Source: the human T2T-CHM13v2.0 reference genome, Homo sapiens
Length of the DNA: 64,000 nucleotides
Assembly: GCF_009914755.1 (NCBI RefSeq)
Contig: NC_060933.1
Strand: one strand, 5' to 3'
Position 1 is the first letter of the stretch. Every line of letters starts with the position of its first letter. The notes beneath the pieces are model-generated. The model did no database searches. It was given only the letters and a program-made list of their open reading frames with translations, and had not been told where the DNA came from. Shown in pieces: positions 1 to 14,800 of this stretch. The position numbers were made by a program, and so were the translations under genes.

Positions 1-871
1 AGAAAAGCGGGCCCAGGGGACCAGCGCTCAGCATATGGAGGACCCGCGCTGGCACCAGTCTCTGAGTTCCCTCAGTATTTATTGATCATTATCGGGTGTT
101 TCTCAGAGAGGGGGCTGTGGCAGGACAATAGGGTAATAGTGGAGAGAGGTTCAGCAGGAAAACATGTGAACAAATGTCTCTGCATCATAAACAAGGTAAA
201 GAAAAAAGTGCTGTGCTTTTTATGTGCATATACATAAACATCTCAATGCCTTAAAGAGCAGTATTGCCCCCAGCATGTCTCACCTCCAGCCCTAAGGTGG
301 TTTTCTCCTATCTCAGCAGATGGAATATACATTCGGGTTTTACCTGGAGATATTCCATTGCCCAGGGACGAGCAGGAGACAGATGCCTTCCTCTTATCTC
401 AACTGCAAAGAGGCCTTCCTCTTTTACTAATCCTCTTCAGCACAGACCCTTTACCGGTGTCGGGCTGGGGGACGGTCAGGTCTTTCCCTTCCCAGGAGGC
501 CATATTTTAGACTTTCACATGGGGAGAAAGCTTGGACAATACCTGGCTTTCCAGGACCGAGGTCCCTGCGGCCTTCCACCGTGTTTTGTGTCTCTGAGTA
601 CTTGAGAGTAGGGAGTGGTGATGACTTTTAATAAGCATGCTGCCTTCAAGCATTTGTTTAACAAAGCACATCCTGCATAGCCCTAAATCCATTTAACCTT
701 GAGTTGACACAGCACATGTCTCTGCGAGCACAGGGTTGGGGGTAAGGTTACGGATTAACAGCATCTCAAGGCAAAATAATTTTTCTTAGTACAGAACAAA
801 ATGGAGTCTCTTATGTCTACTTCCTTCTACATAGAACGGTAACAGTCTGATCTCTCTTTATTTTCCCCACA
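1..871 (-). mobile_element. HERV-K(HML-2) LTR5 (LTR5A/5B-like); 3' end runs off the window
   Basis: The minus strand begins TGTGGGGAAAATAAAGAGAGATCAGACTGTTAC at 871 and follows the LTR5 consensus throughout. Poly(A) signal AATAAA is at 83-78. No polypurine tract abuts 872, so this is a solo or 5' LTR. Confidence 0.93.
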
Positions 872-1173
872 GTTTATTTATTTATTTATTTATTTTGATG
901 GAGTCTTGCTCTGTCACCCAGGCTAGAGTGCAGTGGTACGATCTAGGCTCACTGCAACCCCAACCCCCCGGTTCAAGCAATACTCCTGCCTCAGCCTCCC
1001 GAGTAGCTGGGATTACAGGTACCAGCCACTGTGCCCAGTGAATTTTTGTATTTTTAGTAGAGAGGGGGTTTCTCCATATTGGCCAGGCTGGTCTCAAACT
1101 CCTGATCTCGTAATCTGCCCACCTTGGCCTCCCACAGTGCTGGGGTTACAGGTGTGAGCCACCACGTCCAGAC
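872..1173 (-). mobile_element. AluS (Sg-like) with (TTTA)n tail
   Basis: Full dimer in reverse orientation. It lacks the AG in CCTGACCTC(AG)GTGATC but keeps GGCCAGGCTGGTCTC. Confidence 0.9.
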
Positions 1174-1956
1174 GTTTTGTTTTTATTACTGATTCAATTT
1201 CAGAACTTGTTATTGGTCTTCTCAGGGTTTCAATTTATTCCTGGGTTATGGAGCTTGTATGTTTCCAGGAATTTATCCATTTCCTGTAGGTTTTCTAGTT
1301 TGTGTGCATACAGGTGTTCATACTAGTCTCTGATTTTTTTTTTTTCTTGTGGAATCAGTGGTAATGCCCCCTTTGTCATTTCTGATCGTGTTTATTTGGA
1401 TCATTTCTCTTTTCTTCTTTATTAGTATAGCTACTGGTCTATCAATCTTAGTTATTCTTTGTAAGAACCAACTTTTGGTTTTATTGATCTTCTGTACTTT
1501 TTTTAGTCTTCTCAATTTCAATCAGTTTTCACTCTGATTTTTTGATACTGAAATCTCAATTTCAATGTGATTTTGATTATTTTATGCTGCTAGCTTTGGG
1601 GTTGGTTTGCTTTTGTTTTTCTAGTTCCTCTAGATGTGATGTTGGGTTGATAATTTGAGATTTTTCTAACTTTTGGATGTGGAAATTTAGTACTATGAAC
1701 TTTTCTCTTAGACTGCTTTAGCTGTGTCTCAAAGATTCTGTTGTATTTTTTTTTTTATTTTCTCATTAGTGTCAAAGAATTTCTTGATTTCTGCATTAGT
1801 TGCATTCTTTACCCAATATTCATTCAGAAGCAGATTGTTTAATTTCCATGTAAATTGTGGTTTTTAGAGATCTTCTTGGTATTGAGTTCTATTTTTATTG
1901 TGCTGTGGTTTGAGAGTGTAGTTGGTATGATTTTGGGGTTTTTTAATTGAATTTGT
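1174..1956 (-). mobile_element. Older L1 (L1PB / old L1PA) ORF2 fragment
   Basis: ORF 1318-1521(-) KINKTKSWF...[14 protein letters not shown] is L1 ORF2p. The sequence is degenerate. Confidence 0.85.
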
Positions 1957-3429
<1,473 letters not shown>

Positions 3430-4795
3430 TCTCCTTTGCAAAATTAGAAAAACAAAAAAATTAAAAAAAATTGCAGGTTTCTTCCCATTTGCAAAGGAAA
3501 ATGTAATTATACTTCCATTTAGCTTCATTCTATGTTTATTGGGAGCCACTCTTTTACAATGTATATTTTAACATATTACTCACTAAAAGTTTGATTAATT
3601 GAAATTAGCATGTATTCTAAAGCTTTTCTGTATCTACATTTTTTCTCCTTTTCTGAACTCCAAAGGTCAGAATGATTTTTATTTATTTTCTATCCTTGCC
3701 ATCAGGTAAGAACTATAGAGTAAGGGGTAGGAGTAACTAAGGACTACTAACTAATGAAATTGTGACTCACCTTTCAAAGTTGGTTTAGGGTATATTATTT
3801 GCAGTGTCAAACTTTTCATAGTAATACTATATATAAAGTTAGAAAAAAACACAATATTAAAACTATATAGTTCTTGTCTTTTCACTTTGGTGTCAAAGAA
3901 TGAATTCCTTTTCCATAGAGGTTCAAATAACTTTTTCAAAATCTAATCTACCTGAGGCTATTTTTTGTTTTCCTCCAGAAAATAAGTAAAATCTCTGCAT
4001 TCTCTTTTCTTATTTTTTTATTCTTGTTTTTCCAAGACTATTTTAATGTTTTTATATTTAATGGCGACTTACTAATTTTGTGGCATTCTTCTTCGGTCAA
4101 CTCAAATATTATCCATAACTTATCATTCTAGCAACTAAGGATTTATTTTTTTCTATAATTGATTTTTAAGTCTTGTTATATGATCCCAAATAGAAAACAT
4201 TCTAACTGTAATAATGTAGTATGAAGAACATAGGAAAAGATAGAGATAAATACCTTGGTTCGATACCATTAGAACTATATAAACTTCATCCTGAAATTCA
4301 TTCTTCTGTGTTAATATATCACCTTTCAAACTATAAATATGTATCTTTTTAATGCTCAGTATTTTGATTATCTGACCTGCCATCATTAATGCAAATATTT
4401 ACACTTTTAAACACATAGTGGAGATAAATATTTTAACACATAAATAATATTCTTATTTTTAATATGTAGCTGAAATTATCAGAATTGGAGAAATAAATTA
4501 TTCTGCAAATAGAGAATCCATGAAAAACTCAGAATTGAGTAACAAGATATTAACATGTTTTGCTCAGGTTCTTATATTTTTAAACATGGATGATCATTCC
4601 ATTTTTATATATATCTAAAGACTTAGTTTTCATTAAACAGGCTTCAATGAATTCCAACTTAATCAAACCTAACACATTGTTTGAAACTTTAAAGATAAAG
4701 ATACTAAGAAAAGTTATTGTGTATATATGCTGACTATTTCATTACACTCTCATTTAGTCTTCACAAAGTTTCTGTTGGGGGTGTTTGTATTATTG

Positions 4796-4980
4796 TGTAA
4801 GTTTACTCTGGTGTTGTGACAAAGCACCACAAAATGTATGGCTTATGCAACATAATTTTTTTGTCTCACTGTTCTGGAGTCTAGAAATCTGAAATCAAGG
4901 TTGTCAGCAGGGTTAGCTCCTTCCAACCACCAGGGTAAATAATGTGTCCCATATCTGTACAGTGGCTTCTGGTGGTTTTC
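4796..4980 (-). mobile_element. MLT1 (C/D-like) MaLR LTR fragment
   Basis: Contains the MLT1-type motif ACTGTTCTGGAGTCTAGAAATCTGAAATCAAGGTTGTCAGCAGGG. Confidence 0.6.
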
Positions 4981-4994
4981 TGTAATAATAAAGA

Positions 4995-5780
4995 GATCTC
5001 AGGCCATCAGTGTTTGCTAATTGGCTTTACCCAAAAGTAAAGTAAGGCTTCTAGTGTTTTAATGACAGAAGATAGTTTTACAACATGGGGCAAGGTGCCC
5101 ACTGAAGTTAGGTTCATACCTTCCCAGAAACTGGGAGATGGGACACTATTCTCCTTGGTGATTACATTTCAAAGGGAAAGAGGTTCCTTGAGAATGACAG
5201 TGGTAAAGCTGGCAAATGGCTTTAAAAAAAGATTTACATCTCACAGGGACAGAGAAAGGATTACAATTACAGGAGACCCTTGAACAATGTGGGGTTTAAG
5301 GGTAGGGACCCCTGTGCAGTGTGAGTATATCTTTTCACTCTCCCAAAACTACTAATAGCCTACTGTAGAGTGGAAGCCTTACCAATAACATAAACAGTCC
5401 ATAAACACATATTTTTTATGTTATGTATAGTATATTCTTTATCCTTACAATAAGCTAGAGAAATAATGTTACAAGAAAATCATATTGAAGACAAAATATA
5501 TTTACTATTCATTAAGTGGAAGTGGATCATCATAAGGTTCTTCATTCTCATGGTCTTCATGTTAAGTAGGCTGAAGAGGTGGAGGAAGATGAGGGCTTGG
5601 TCTTACTGTCTCAGGGGTGGCAGAAGTGAATGAAAATTCACATATAAGTGGACCCAGTTCAAACTCGTGTTGTTTAAGGGTCAACTGCATATGTTTTCCA
5701 AGTAAATGCTCTAAGAAAAGGGAAGTCATGGCCTTAATGGCAAGAAGAAGCCTACCTAAGATGTAATCAACATGTGGGAA
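4995..5780 (-). mobile_element. ERV1 LTR (MER67-like), split by Tigger2a
   Basis: Similar to the reverse complement of the LTR at 52875-53382 (e.g. CCATCAGTGTTTGCTAATTGG, GTAAATGCTCTAAGAAA). Family name is from memory. Confidence 0.55.
5270..5687 (-). mobile_element. Tigger2a/MER28 non-autonomous DNA transposon
   Basis: Terminal inverted repeats CAGGAGACCCTTGAACAA ... TTGTTTAAGGGTCAACTG, ~420 bp, inserted after TA. Confidence 0.85.
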
Positions 5781-5884
5781 ACTATAAGTTTGTCTTGGTC
5801 ATTTGTTTATGATTATTAGTAGTGAAACCCCCAACACAAAGGTAAGCTCCTTAAAAGAAACAATTTTTTCTGTCTTGTATATGA

Positions 5885-6277
<393 letters not shown>

Positions 6278-8549
6278 TAAGAGCATTTCTGGAATAAGCA
6301 TCTTGTTGAAATTTATAAAATAATCGAACGATATCTTCCCTAGATATTTAGGGAAGAGAGCAGTCATTGCTCTTGTTTAGCTTGTATTTCTCCTATTTCA
6401 GTGCTATTCAAGTTCTACTGTACCTCCATCAAGTCTCTTTTGAAGTGTTGTTTTCTGGCAACCTCTGCCTATGTATTTAAATTAAAAGGTTTAAATGCAC
6501 TTTGTAAGTTTATTCTATTGGTTATGTTCCACACAATATCCTATGCTAAGTCATTGCCTGGGAATGTTTTCTTATTTGATTTACTCTCTTTACTGGATAC
6601 AAATAGTATTGATAAACTAAGCATCTTGTACACTTTATGATCAATGTTTTACCCACTTTGCATTCTTCTTGGTATTCACTGAAGAAAAGAGCTGTGTTCC
6701 ATTTATTTTAGGTCTCAGTTGAAAATGGATTTTTCTATTTAAAAGTAAATATACAACCAAATCTTCCTGAATTGGCATCTAGATGTGCTTCCAGTAGTGT
6801 TTTCTCTATGCTTACTTTATATCCATGTCACATGGGTTGCATGTACATCTGCACTAATTAAATGTATAATTATTTTTAATCAAGTTCTTGATGTACAGTA
6901 TGTAAGAGAAATTAGGATATTTATCCTGTGAAATAACTGTGGTGTCATATATTTTGTTTGCAAAATACTGTGGTATTTAAAGAAAATCTTCAATATCAAT
7001 TAAATCTCTTGTTTGTAGTGGTTTTGTCACTAGTTGTGCCATCAGGTTATCCAACCTGATATTTTTCCCTCTTCCATCCATTCCCTTCCCCACCCAGAAA
7101 CAGATGACACTCTAAGTAATGAGTACCTGATGTGGAGGATCTGAAATTTGCAAGCCAGGAAATCAGAAATTATTTTTTCTAGTTGATTGTAGTGATTGTT
7201 GACTTTTCTTTTAAACTTGTGCTTTGCATCCTATGGATCTCAATATTTGGTTAACTTTTGGAACTAAGTCTTATTGCTACTTTCTTTGTTATGCTATCAG
7301 ACATACGGTTATCATGTGTAATGTCAGGGGAGATGTGTGTCATGAGAGGGAAAGCAATGATTCCACTCTGGTAAAACAGCAGTTATGGGAAAAGTACAAA
7401 AAGGGAAATAGAAAATAGCTACTTACAATTTCAATCTCTGCTGTTCAACCAAGCAGACCGAAGGTAACTGCTGGCTGTGTAAGCAGCTTCTAGCTATCTC
7501 ACTTTGAGCCACCAAGAGAGAATCATCCTTTAAAAAAAAAAAGGAAATGAGAGAAATTGCTTTGAGGGCTTAGGAAGGAGAAACAATAATACAAGTATCA
7601 GTTGCTATATATAAAAAAGAAATATGGTACAATAAAACGTACTTTTAAAGATACTATAGCTGGTCATAATGTTTTTTGAAACTGACTTTAGATTTGTTAA
7701 GTGAAAACACAGTAATAAAATAAATGTAAGTCAAAAATTTCATAAATATCTAATACCATTTCTATATCATTATTCTATAGGACTTAAATGAGATATCAAA
7801 TAAAATAATAAAAAATAGAATGAATACATCTCTATCTCTCCTTCCCTGAGTTTTGACAAATCCTTTGCTATATAGTTTTCATTCCTAATATTATTCATTA
7901 CCTTTTCTATGTTGGCTTTTCTAAAAAAGGCAAAATTTCAATAGACCTTGATAGGTTTTCACTTTCATTTAAGAGGGATAAATGCTTCAGCATGCACACT
8001 GATGGAAATTAATTTCATCTAAATGCTCTTAGGCTAGCTATCTGGAAATGTAAATACTCCTACTGTAAATTTTGTTGTGAAAGGTTTTTCATTACTAGCA
8101 AGAGCTCTGACCAGATTGTGAGAAAGCAGCAAAGCACTAATGAAAAAAAAAAAAAGGTAATCTGCTTTCTTTATTACATTCTCCATGAGTATCAGCTGCA
8201 TCATTGCATTAACAGGGAAATCTATCCACTTTCCATAAAGGTTTCCTCTGTAGCTTTAAACTAACGTCAAGTAATGGAAAGATGATCACATTTGATGAAT
8301 AAGATTAAGCCCCAGAATGATGTCTGTGAATGATGATGAGTATTGTGCATCCAGCAAGGAATTCACAACTGCAAAATTAAACTTGAGACATCTTTTCAGT
8401 TCCTTGTCAAGAAACAGACAAAACAAAACAAAAGCTACAATTTTTTAATATGTGAGATTTCATGACTGACTCTGCATAATCTTATGAAACTTCAAGTCTA
8501 TATCATAATATTTAGCAATTTATTTTCATTTTTATGTCTACTTCACTGC

Positions 8550-10560
8550 CACGCAAATTACATGACATTACGCACAATTCTCTGTGCAATTTGACAGATT
8601 TTGGCAATTGTTTACACTCATGTAGCCACCACCTCTGTCAATTAATAGACCATGTCCATAAGTCAAAAAAGTTCCATTGTGTCACAATGTAGTCAATCAA
8701 ATTCTCTGCCAGCCCCAACGACCACTGACCAGTTTTCTGCCACTGTTGCTTTGTTTTCACTTTTTTTTTGTAACATTTTATATAAATGGAAACATACCAT
8801 ATGAGTTCTTTTGCTTCTGGTTTGTTACACCTAGCACTATGTTTTGAAAATTCAACAAAATATTTCACTGAATAATGCACTTACTTTGTTGATGATTCAT
8901 TCCATCCTGTCAATACATCATGATATGTTTACTCATTCACCTGTTGATGGACATTTGTACTCTCTCCACTTTGCAGTTAATATGAATAAAACTGTTATGA
9001 ATATTTCTGTATGTATTCTTGAGTAGACATAGGTTTTTATTTTTATTGGGTAAATATCTGGGAATGGAATCAGAGGGTTGCACAGCAAAAGTAATTTAAC
9101 TTTACAAGATATTGTAAAACTATTTTCCAAAGAGAAAATGAGCAATGAATGATAATTTTTTTTCCATCACACCCACACCAATAATACTTAGAATTCTTAG
9201 ACATTTAAAAAATCATATTCATGAGTGTGTAGTCAGTGTTTACTGGTAGCTCATTAAATTTTTTTATGATAAATGATGCTGAGCATCTTTTCATGTGGTT
9301 ATTTGACATTTTAAATATTTTCCTTCATGTCGTGTCTGTCCTTACCTTTAAAAAATTTTAAAAATTGTCATCTTTTTATTTGTAAGAATTCTTTACATAT
9401 TCTGGATATGAGATCTCTCACACATATTTATCCTAAATATATGTTATTGGGCTGTGGTTTGCCTCTTTATTGTATTTTTTAAAAAATATAACAATTTTAA
9501 TCATTTAAATAATCTCAAACTTACAATAAAATTGCAAGTAGAATTTTAAAAGCTTTCTGCTTCAAAATCTATTCTGAACAATTTGCTAACCTGATGGACT
9601 GCCACACCTAAACGTGTTACCTTACGTTTTTTTCCAAAACGACATCTTCTTACATAAACACAATAGGGTCATAGAAAAAAAGACATCAGGAGTTACACTC
9701 TACTCATGTATATATAAGTAATACATATTACATTTTGTGCATATAATTATGTAATTCCTTTCCAGTTTTTCCAGTAGTTCCAAAATGTTATTTCTAGTAA
9801 AATATTCAGGAAATAATCCTCATTGGATTCAGGTGTCATACCTCCTTAATCTACTTCCATTGGGACATGTTTCTCTGACTTTCCTTGACTTTCATGACTT
9901 TGACATTTTTTGAAGATTACAGGCCAATTATTATAGAATGGCATTCTTTTGGTTTATTTCTGTTTGTTTGTTAATGTTTCTTCATTATCAGATTCAGATT
10001 AGTTATAAATCTTTGAGTGGGATATCATATCAGAGAAGTAATACTGTGGTCTTCTCATTGCGTCCTATAAGGTGGCCCATGAGTTTAATTTGCACCAATA
10101 CAGGTGGCATTTACCATGATTACTTAAGGTACTGTCTGTCAGGATTTTCCACTGCATAGCTACTCTTTCACTCTCTGTAAATAATGTATTTTGGGAAAGA
10201 AGTATTTGAAAATATGTATACATCTTATCCCTCATTAATCTTCCAATTTATTGATTTATTTACTTATATCAGCTATGGACTAATTATATTTCACTTTATT
10301 TAATGAACGTAAAAACATTAGTCACAGTATCTATTTTGAAGTGGGTTATCTCAGATTTGTCCTGTGGAGCCTTGCCTTTCAAGCTTGTTTCTGTGTGATT
10401 CTGATGTGCACCAATCGCCTTTTAATACAGTCTTTCTCTTTGAAAAAAAAATATGTTCTAACCTTATCTTCTGTTTCCCCACCTCAACCTCTGAATCAGC
10501 TAATTGTGCAAGGGGCTCTGGTTCCTTATAACATGGAATAATACTTAGAAATCAACCTAA
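8550..10560 (-). mobile_element. Ancient L1M 3' fragments (L1MD/ME then L1MC4/5-like)
   Basis: ORF 8933-9145(-) ...KWREYKCPSTGE is the ORF2 C-terminus, and typical L1M 3'UTR motifs are present. Boundaries are approximate. Confidence 0.65.
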
Positions 10561-10622
10561 ATTCTGCCCACCAAGATGGTCTGGGAGCACAGACACTCTG
10601 CTAGCAATGGGCACCTGCTCAG

Positions 10623-11100
10623 TGTAAGTTTTCTATTTCTGTGCAAGATATTACTTCAGAACGTTGACTTAAACAAACCCAAATATATTATCTCACCGTT
10701 TCCATGGGTCATATGTCTGGGTATGTGTTAGCTGGATCTTCTGCTCAGAAATTCACCAGACTGAAATAAAGGTGTCAGCTGTGGTTTCAATCCTCATCTG
10801 AGGCTCAAGATCCTCTCCTAGTTCACTGATTTTTGGTAGATTTCATTTCCTTGTAGATATAAAATGTAGATTTCTGGTTTTCCTGGCTATCTTTCTTTCA
10901 GCCAGAGACTAATCTCAGGTTCTAGAGACTGCTTACAGCCCCTTACAGTGTGGACCCGAGAGGGAGTTCACAGTGTGGTATTTTGCCTTTTTTTTCAGGC
11001 CACCAAGAGCTCCTCTCTCTCACTCTTCACTTTCCTTTGAGGCTTCTCTTGTTAGTCCAGACCCACTCAGGATAACCTGCTTTTGATTAACTGAAGCTCA
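10623..11100 (-). mobile_element. MLT1 (E/F/G-like) LTR
   Basis: Contains TATTATCTCACCGTTTCCATGGGTCA...CAGACTGAAATAAAGGTGTCAGCTG. Confidence 0.6.
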
Positions 11101-11504
11101 AGACTTATAGAAAAAAAAAAAGTTGAGATTTTATAATTTCATTTATATTGTGTACAGAACAGAGAAGACTAAACCCTTGGTGGGCAATTCAGTCTCATGA
11201 AATGTGGTTTTCTTGAGACCCTGTGGATCTGTAACTTGGTGAGTGCCTTGTCCTACAAGCCAGAGTGGTATTCTGAAAGTGCAATTCTTTCACAGAACTG
11301 CATGATATTGGACAGTTAGAATATCTCTGACATGCTAATTTAGGGTAATTCAATTTTTATACAGAAAGGTGCCCCCAAATAATAACTCCTGTGGTTTCAT
11401 ACATCTAGGCTGGCTGTCTGAGTTACACAGTTCTCCACATTTGTCAAATCTCAGTGAATGTATACTTAATATTCAAACTTTTTTAAATATTTTGACTTTA
11501 CGGC

Positions 11505-11765
11505 AAGAGAAAAAAACATGAACAAATATTGCACTCTAATTATTGCTATGCTTGCTAATGTATTTAGAGTGAAGTGTACTGATATCTGCAAATTTCTCCA
11601 AGATACATAGAAACTTAAGATGGATTATTGGATTAAAAAAGGAATAGATAGATGGATACACATGTTTATCTATCGAATATAATAAAGTGTTAATAGTAGA
11701 ATCAAAGTAGTGAATATAAGAGTGTTCATGGTAAAATTCATTCAACTGTACTCATACGTTAGAAT
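11505..11765 (+). mobile_element. L1ME 3'UTR fragment
   Basis: Contains GAAGTGTACTGATATCTGCAA and AAAGTGTTAATAGTAGAATC...GTAAAATTC. Confidence 0.55.
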
Positions 11766-11837
11766 AGCACTCACCAATTTTAAAAATTGCAGTTTTAAAT
11801 ATGACAATGTATGAATATGCCATATTTCCCTTTTAAA

Positions 11838-14800
11838 TATTTTTTTATTATACTTTAAGTTCTAGGGTACATGTGCACAACGTGCAGGTTTGTTACATAT
11901 GTATACATGTGCCATGTTGGTGTGCTGCACCCATTAACTCATCATTTACATTTGGTATATCTCCTAATGCTATCCCTCCCCTTCCCCCCACCCCACAACA
12001 GGCCCCAGTGTGATGTTCCCCTTCCTGTGTCCAAGTGTTCTCATTGTTCAATTCCCACCTATGAGTGAGAACATGTGGTGTTTGGTTTTGTGTCCTTGAG
12101 ATAATTTGCTGAGAATGATGGTTTCCAGCTTCATCCATGTCCCTACAAAGGACATGAACTCATCCTTTTTTATGGCTGCATAGTATTCCATGGTGTATAT
12201 GTGCCACATTTTCTTAATCCAGTCTATCATTGTTGGACATTTGGGTTGGTTCCAAGTCTTTGCTAATGTGAATAGTGCCGCAATAAACATACGCGTGCAC
12301 GTGTCTTTATAGCAGCATGATTTATAATCCTTTGGGTATATACCCAGTAATGGGGTGGCTGGGTCAAATGGTATTTCTAGTTCTAAATCCCTGAGGAATC
12401 ACCACACTGTCTTCCACAATAGTTGAACTAGTTTACAGTCCCACCAACAGTGTAAAAGTGTTCTTATTTCTCCACATCCTCTCCAGCACCTGTTGTTTCC
12501 TGACTTTTTAATGATCGCCATTCTAACTGGTGTGAGATGGTATCTCATTGTGGTTTTGATTTGCATTTCTCTGATGGCATTTTGTGATGATGAGCATTTT
12601 TTCATGTATCTGTTGGCTGCATAAATGTCTTCTTTTGAGAAGTGTCTGTTCATATCCTTCGCCCACTTGTTGATGTGGTTGTTTTTTTCTTGTAAATTTT
12701 TTTGAGATCTTTGTAGATTCTGGATATTAGCCCTTTGTCAGATGAGTAGATTGCAAACATTTTCTCCCATTCTCTAGGTTGCCTATTCACTCTGATGGTA
12801 GTTTCTTTTGCTGTGCAGAAGCTCTTTAGTTTAATTAGACCCCCTTTGTCAATTTTGGCTTTCATCGCAATTGCTTTTCATGTTTTGGTCATGAAGTCTT
12901 TGCTTGTGCCTATGTCCTGAATGGTATTGCCTAGGTTTTTTTCTAGGAGTTTTTGGTTTTAGGTCTTACGTTTAAGTCTTTAATCCATCTGGAGTTAATT
13001 TTTGTATAAGGTGTAACGAAGGGGTCCAGTTTCAGTTTTCTGCATATAGCTAGCCAGTTTTCCCAACACCATTTATTAAATAGGGAATCCTTTCCGGAAT
13101 GCTTGTTTTTGTCAGGTTTGTCAAAGGTCAGATGGTTGTAGACATGTGGTGCTATTTCTGAGGCCTCTGTTCTCTTCCATTGGCCTATATCTCTGTTTTG
13201 GTACCAGTACCATGCTGTTTTGGTTACTGTAGCCTTGTAGTACAGAAGTCATGGCTACTATGCGGGCTCTTTTTTGGTTCCATATGAAATATAAAATAGT
13301 TTTTTCTAATTCTATGAAGAAAATCAATGGTAACTTGATGGGAATATCACTGAATCTATAAATTACTTTGTGCAGTATGACTGTTTCCATGATATTGATT
13401 CTTCCCATCCATGAGCATGGTATGTTTTTCCATTTGTTTGTGTCTTCTCTTATTTCCTTGAGCAGTGATGTGTAGTTCTCCTTGAAGAGGTCCTTCACAT
13501 CACTTGTAAGTTGTATTCCTAGGTATTTTTTCTCTTTGTAGCAATTGTGAATGGGAGTTTGCTCATGATTTGGCTCTCTGTTTGTCTATTATTGATGTAT
13601 AGGAATGCTTGCGATTTTTGCACGTTGATTTTTTATCCTGAGACTTTGCTGAAGTTGCTTATCAGCTTAAGGACTTTTTGGGATGAGACAGTGGGGTTTT
13701 CTAAATATACAATCATGTAATCTGCAAACAAAAAATTTGATTTCCTCTCTTCCTATTTGAATACCCTTTACTTCTTTCTCTTGCCTGATTGCTCTGGCCA
13801 TAACTTCCAACACTAGTTTGAATAGGAGTTAGAAGAGAGGACATCCTTATCTTGTGTGGGTTTTCAAAGGGAATGAGTCCTGATTTGTCCATTCAGTATG
13901 ATATGGGCTGCAAGTTTGTTATAAATAGCTCTTTTTATTTTGAGGTTTGGTCCATCAATACCTAGTTTATTGAATGTTTTTAACATTAAAGGGTCCATCA
14001 ATACCTAGTTTATTGAATGTTTTTAGCATTAAAGGGTGTTGAATTTTATTGAAGGCCTTTTCTGCATCTATTAAAATAATCATGTGGTTTTTGTCATTGG
14101 TTCTGTTTATGTGATGGATTACGTTTATTGATTTGCTTATGTTGAGCCAGTCTTGCATTCAAGGGATGAAGCCAACTTGATCATGCTGGATAAGCTTTTT
14201 GTGTGCTGCTGGATTTGGTTTGCCAGTATTTCATTGAGAAATTTTCCATGTCGATTTCCATCTGAGATATTGGCTTGAAATTTACTTTTTTTGTTGTGTC
14301 TCTGCCAGGTTTTGGTATTAGGGTGGTGCTGGTCCCATAAAATTAAGTAGACAGGAGTCCCTCTTTTTCTATTATTTGGAATAGTTTCAGAAGGAATGCT
14401 ACCAGCTCCTTTTGTACCTATGGTAGAATTCAGCTGTGAATTTGTCTGGTCCTGGGCTTTTATCGGTTGGTAGGCTATTAATTTCTGCATCAATTTCAGA
14501 AGTTATTACTGGTCTATTCAGGGATTCGACTTCTTCCTGGTTTAGACTTGGGAGGGTGTATGTGTCCAGGAAGTGTCCAGGAATTTATCCATTTCTTCTA
14601 GATTTTCTAGTTTATTTGCATAGATGTGTATGTAGTATACTCTGATGGTAGTTTGTATTTCTGTGGAATCAGTGGTGATCTCCCCTTTATCATTTTTTAT
14701 TGTGTTTATTTGATTCTTCTCTCTTTCCTTCTTTATTAGTCCGGCTAGTGGTCTGTTTTGTTAATCTTTTTTAAAAACCAGCTCCTGGATTCATTGATTT

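Noticed and set aside
3640-3712. Possible exon ending CAG|GTAAGA
   Set aside because: Isolated splice-like motif with no coding signal or partner exons; expected by chance.
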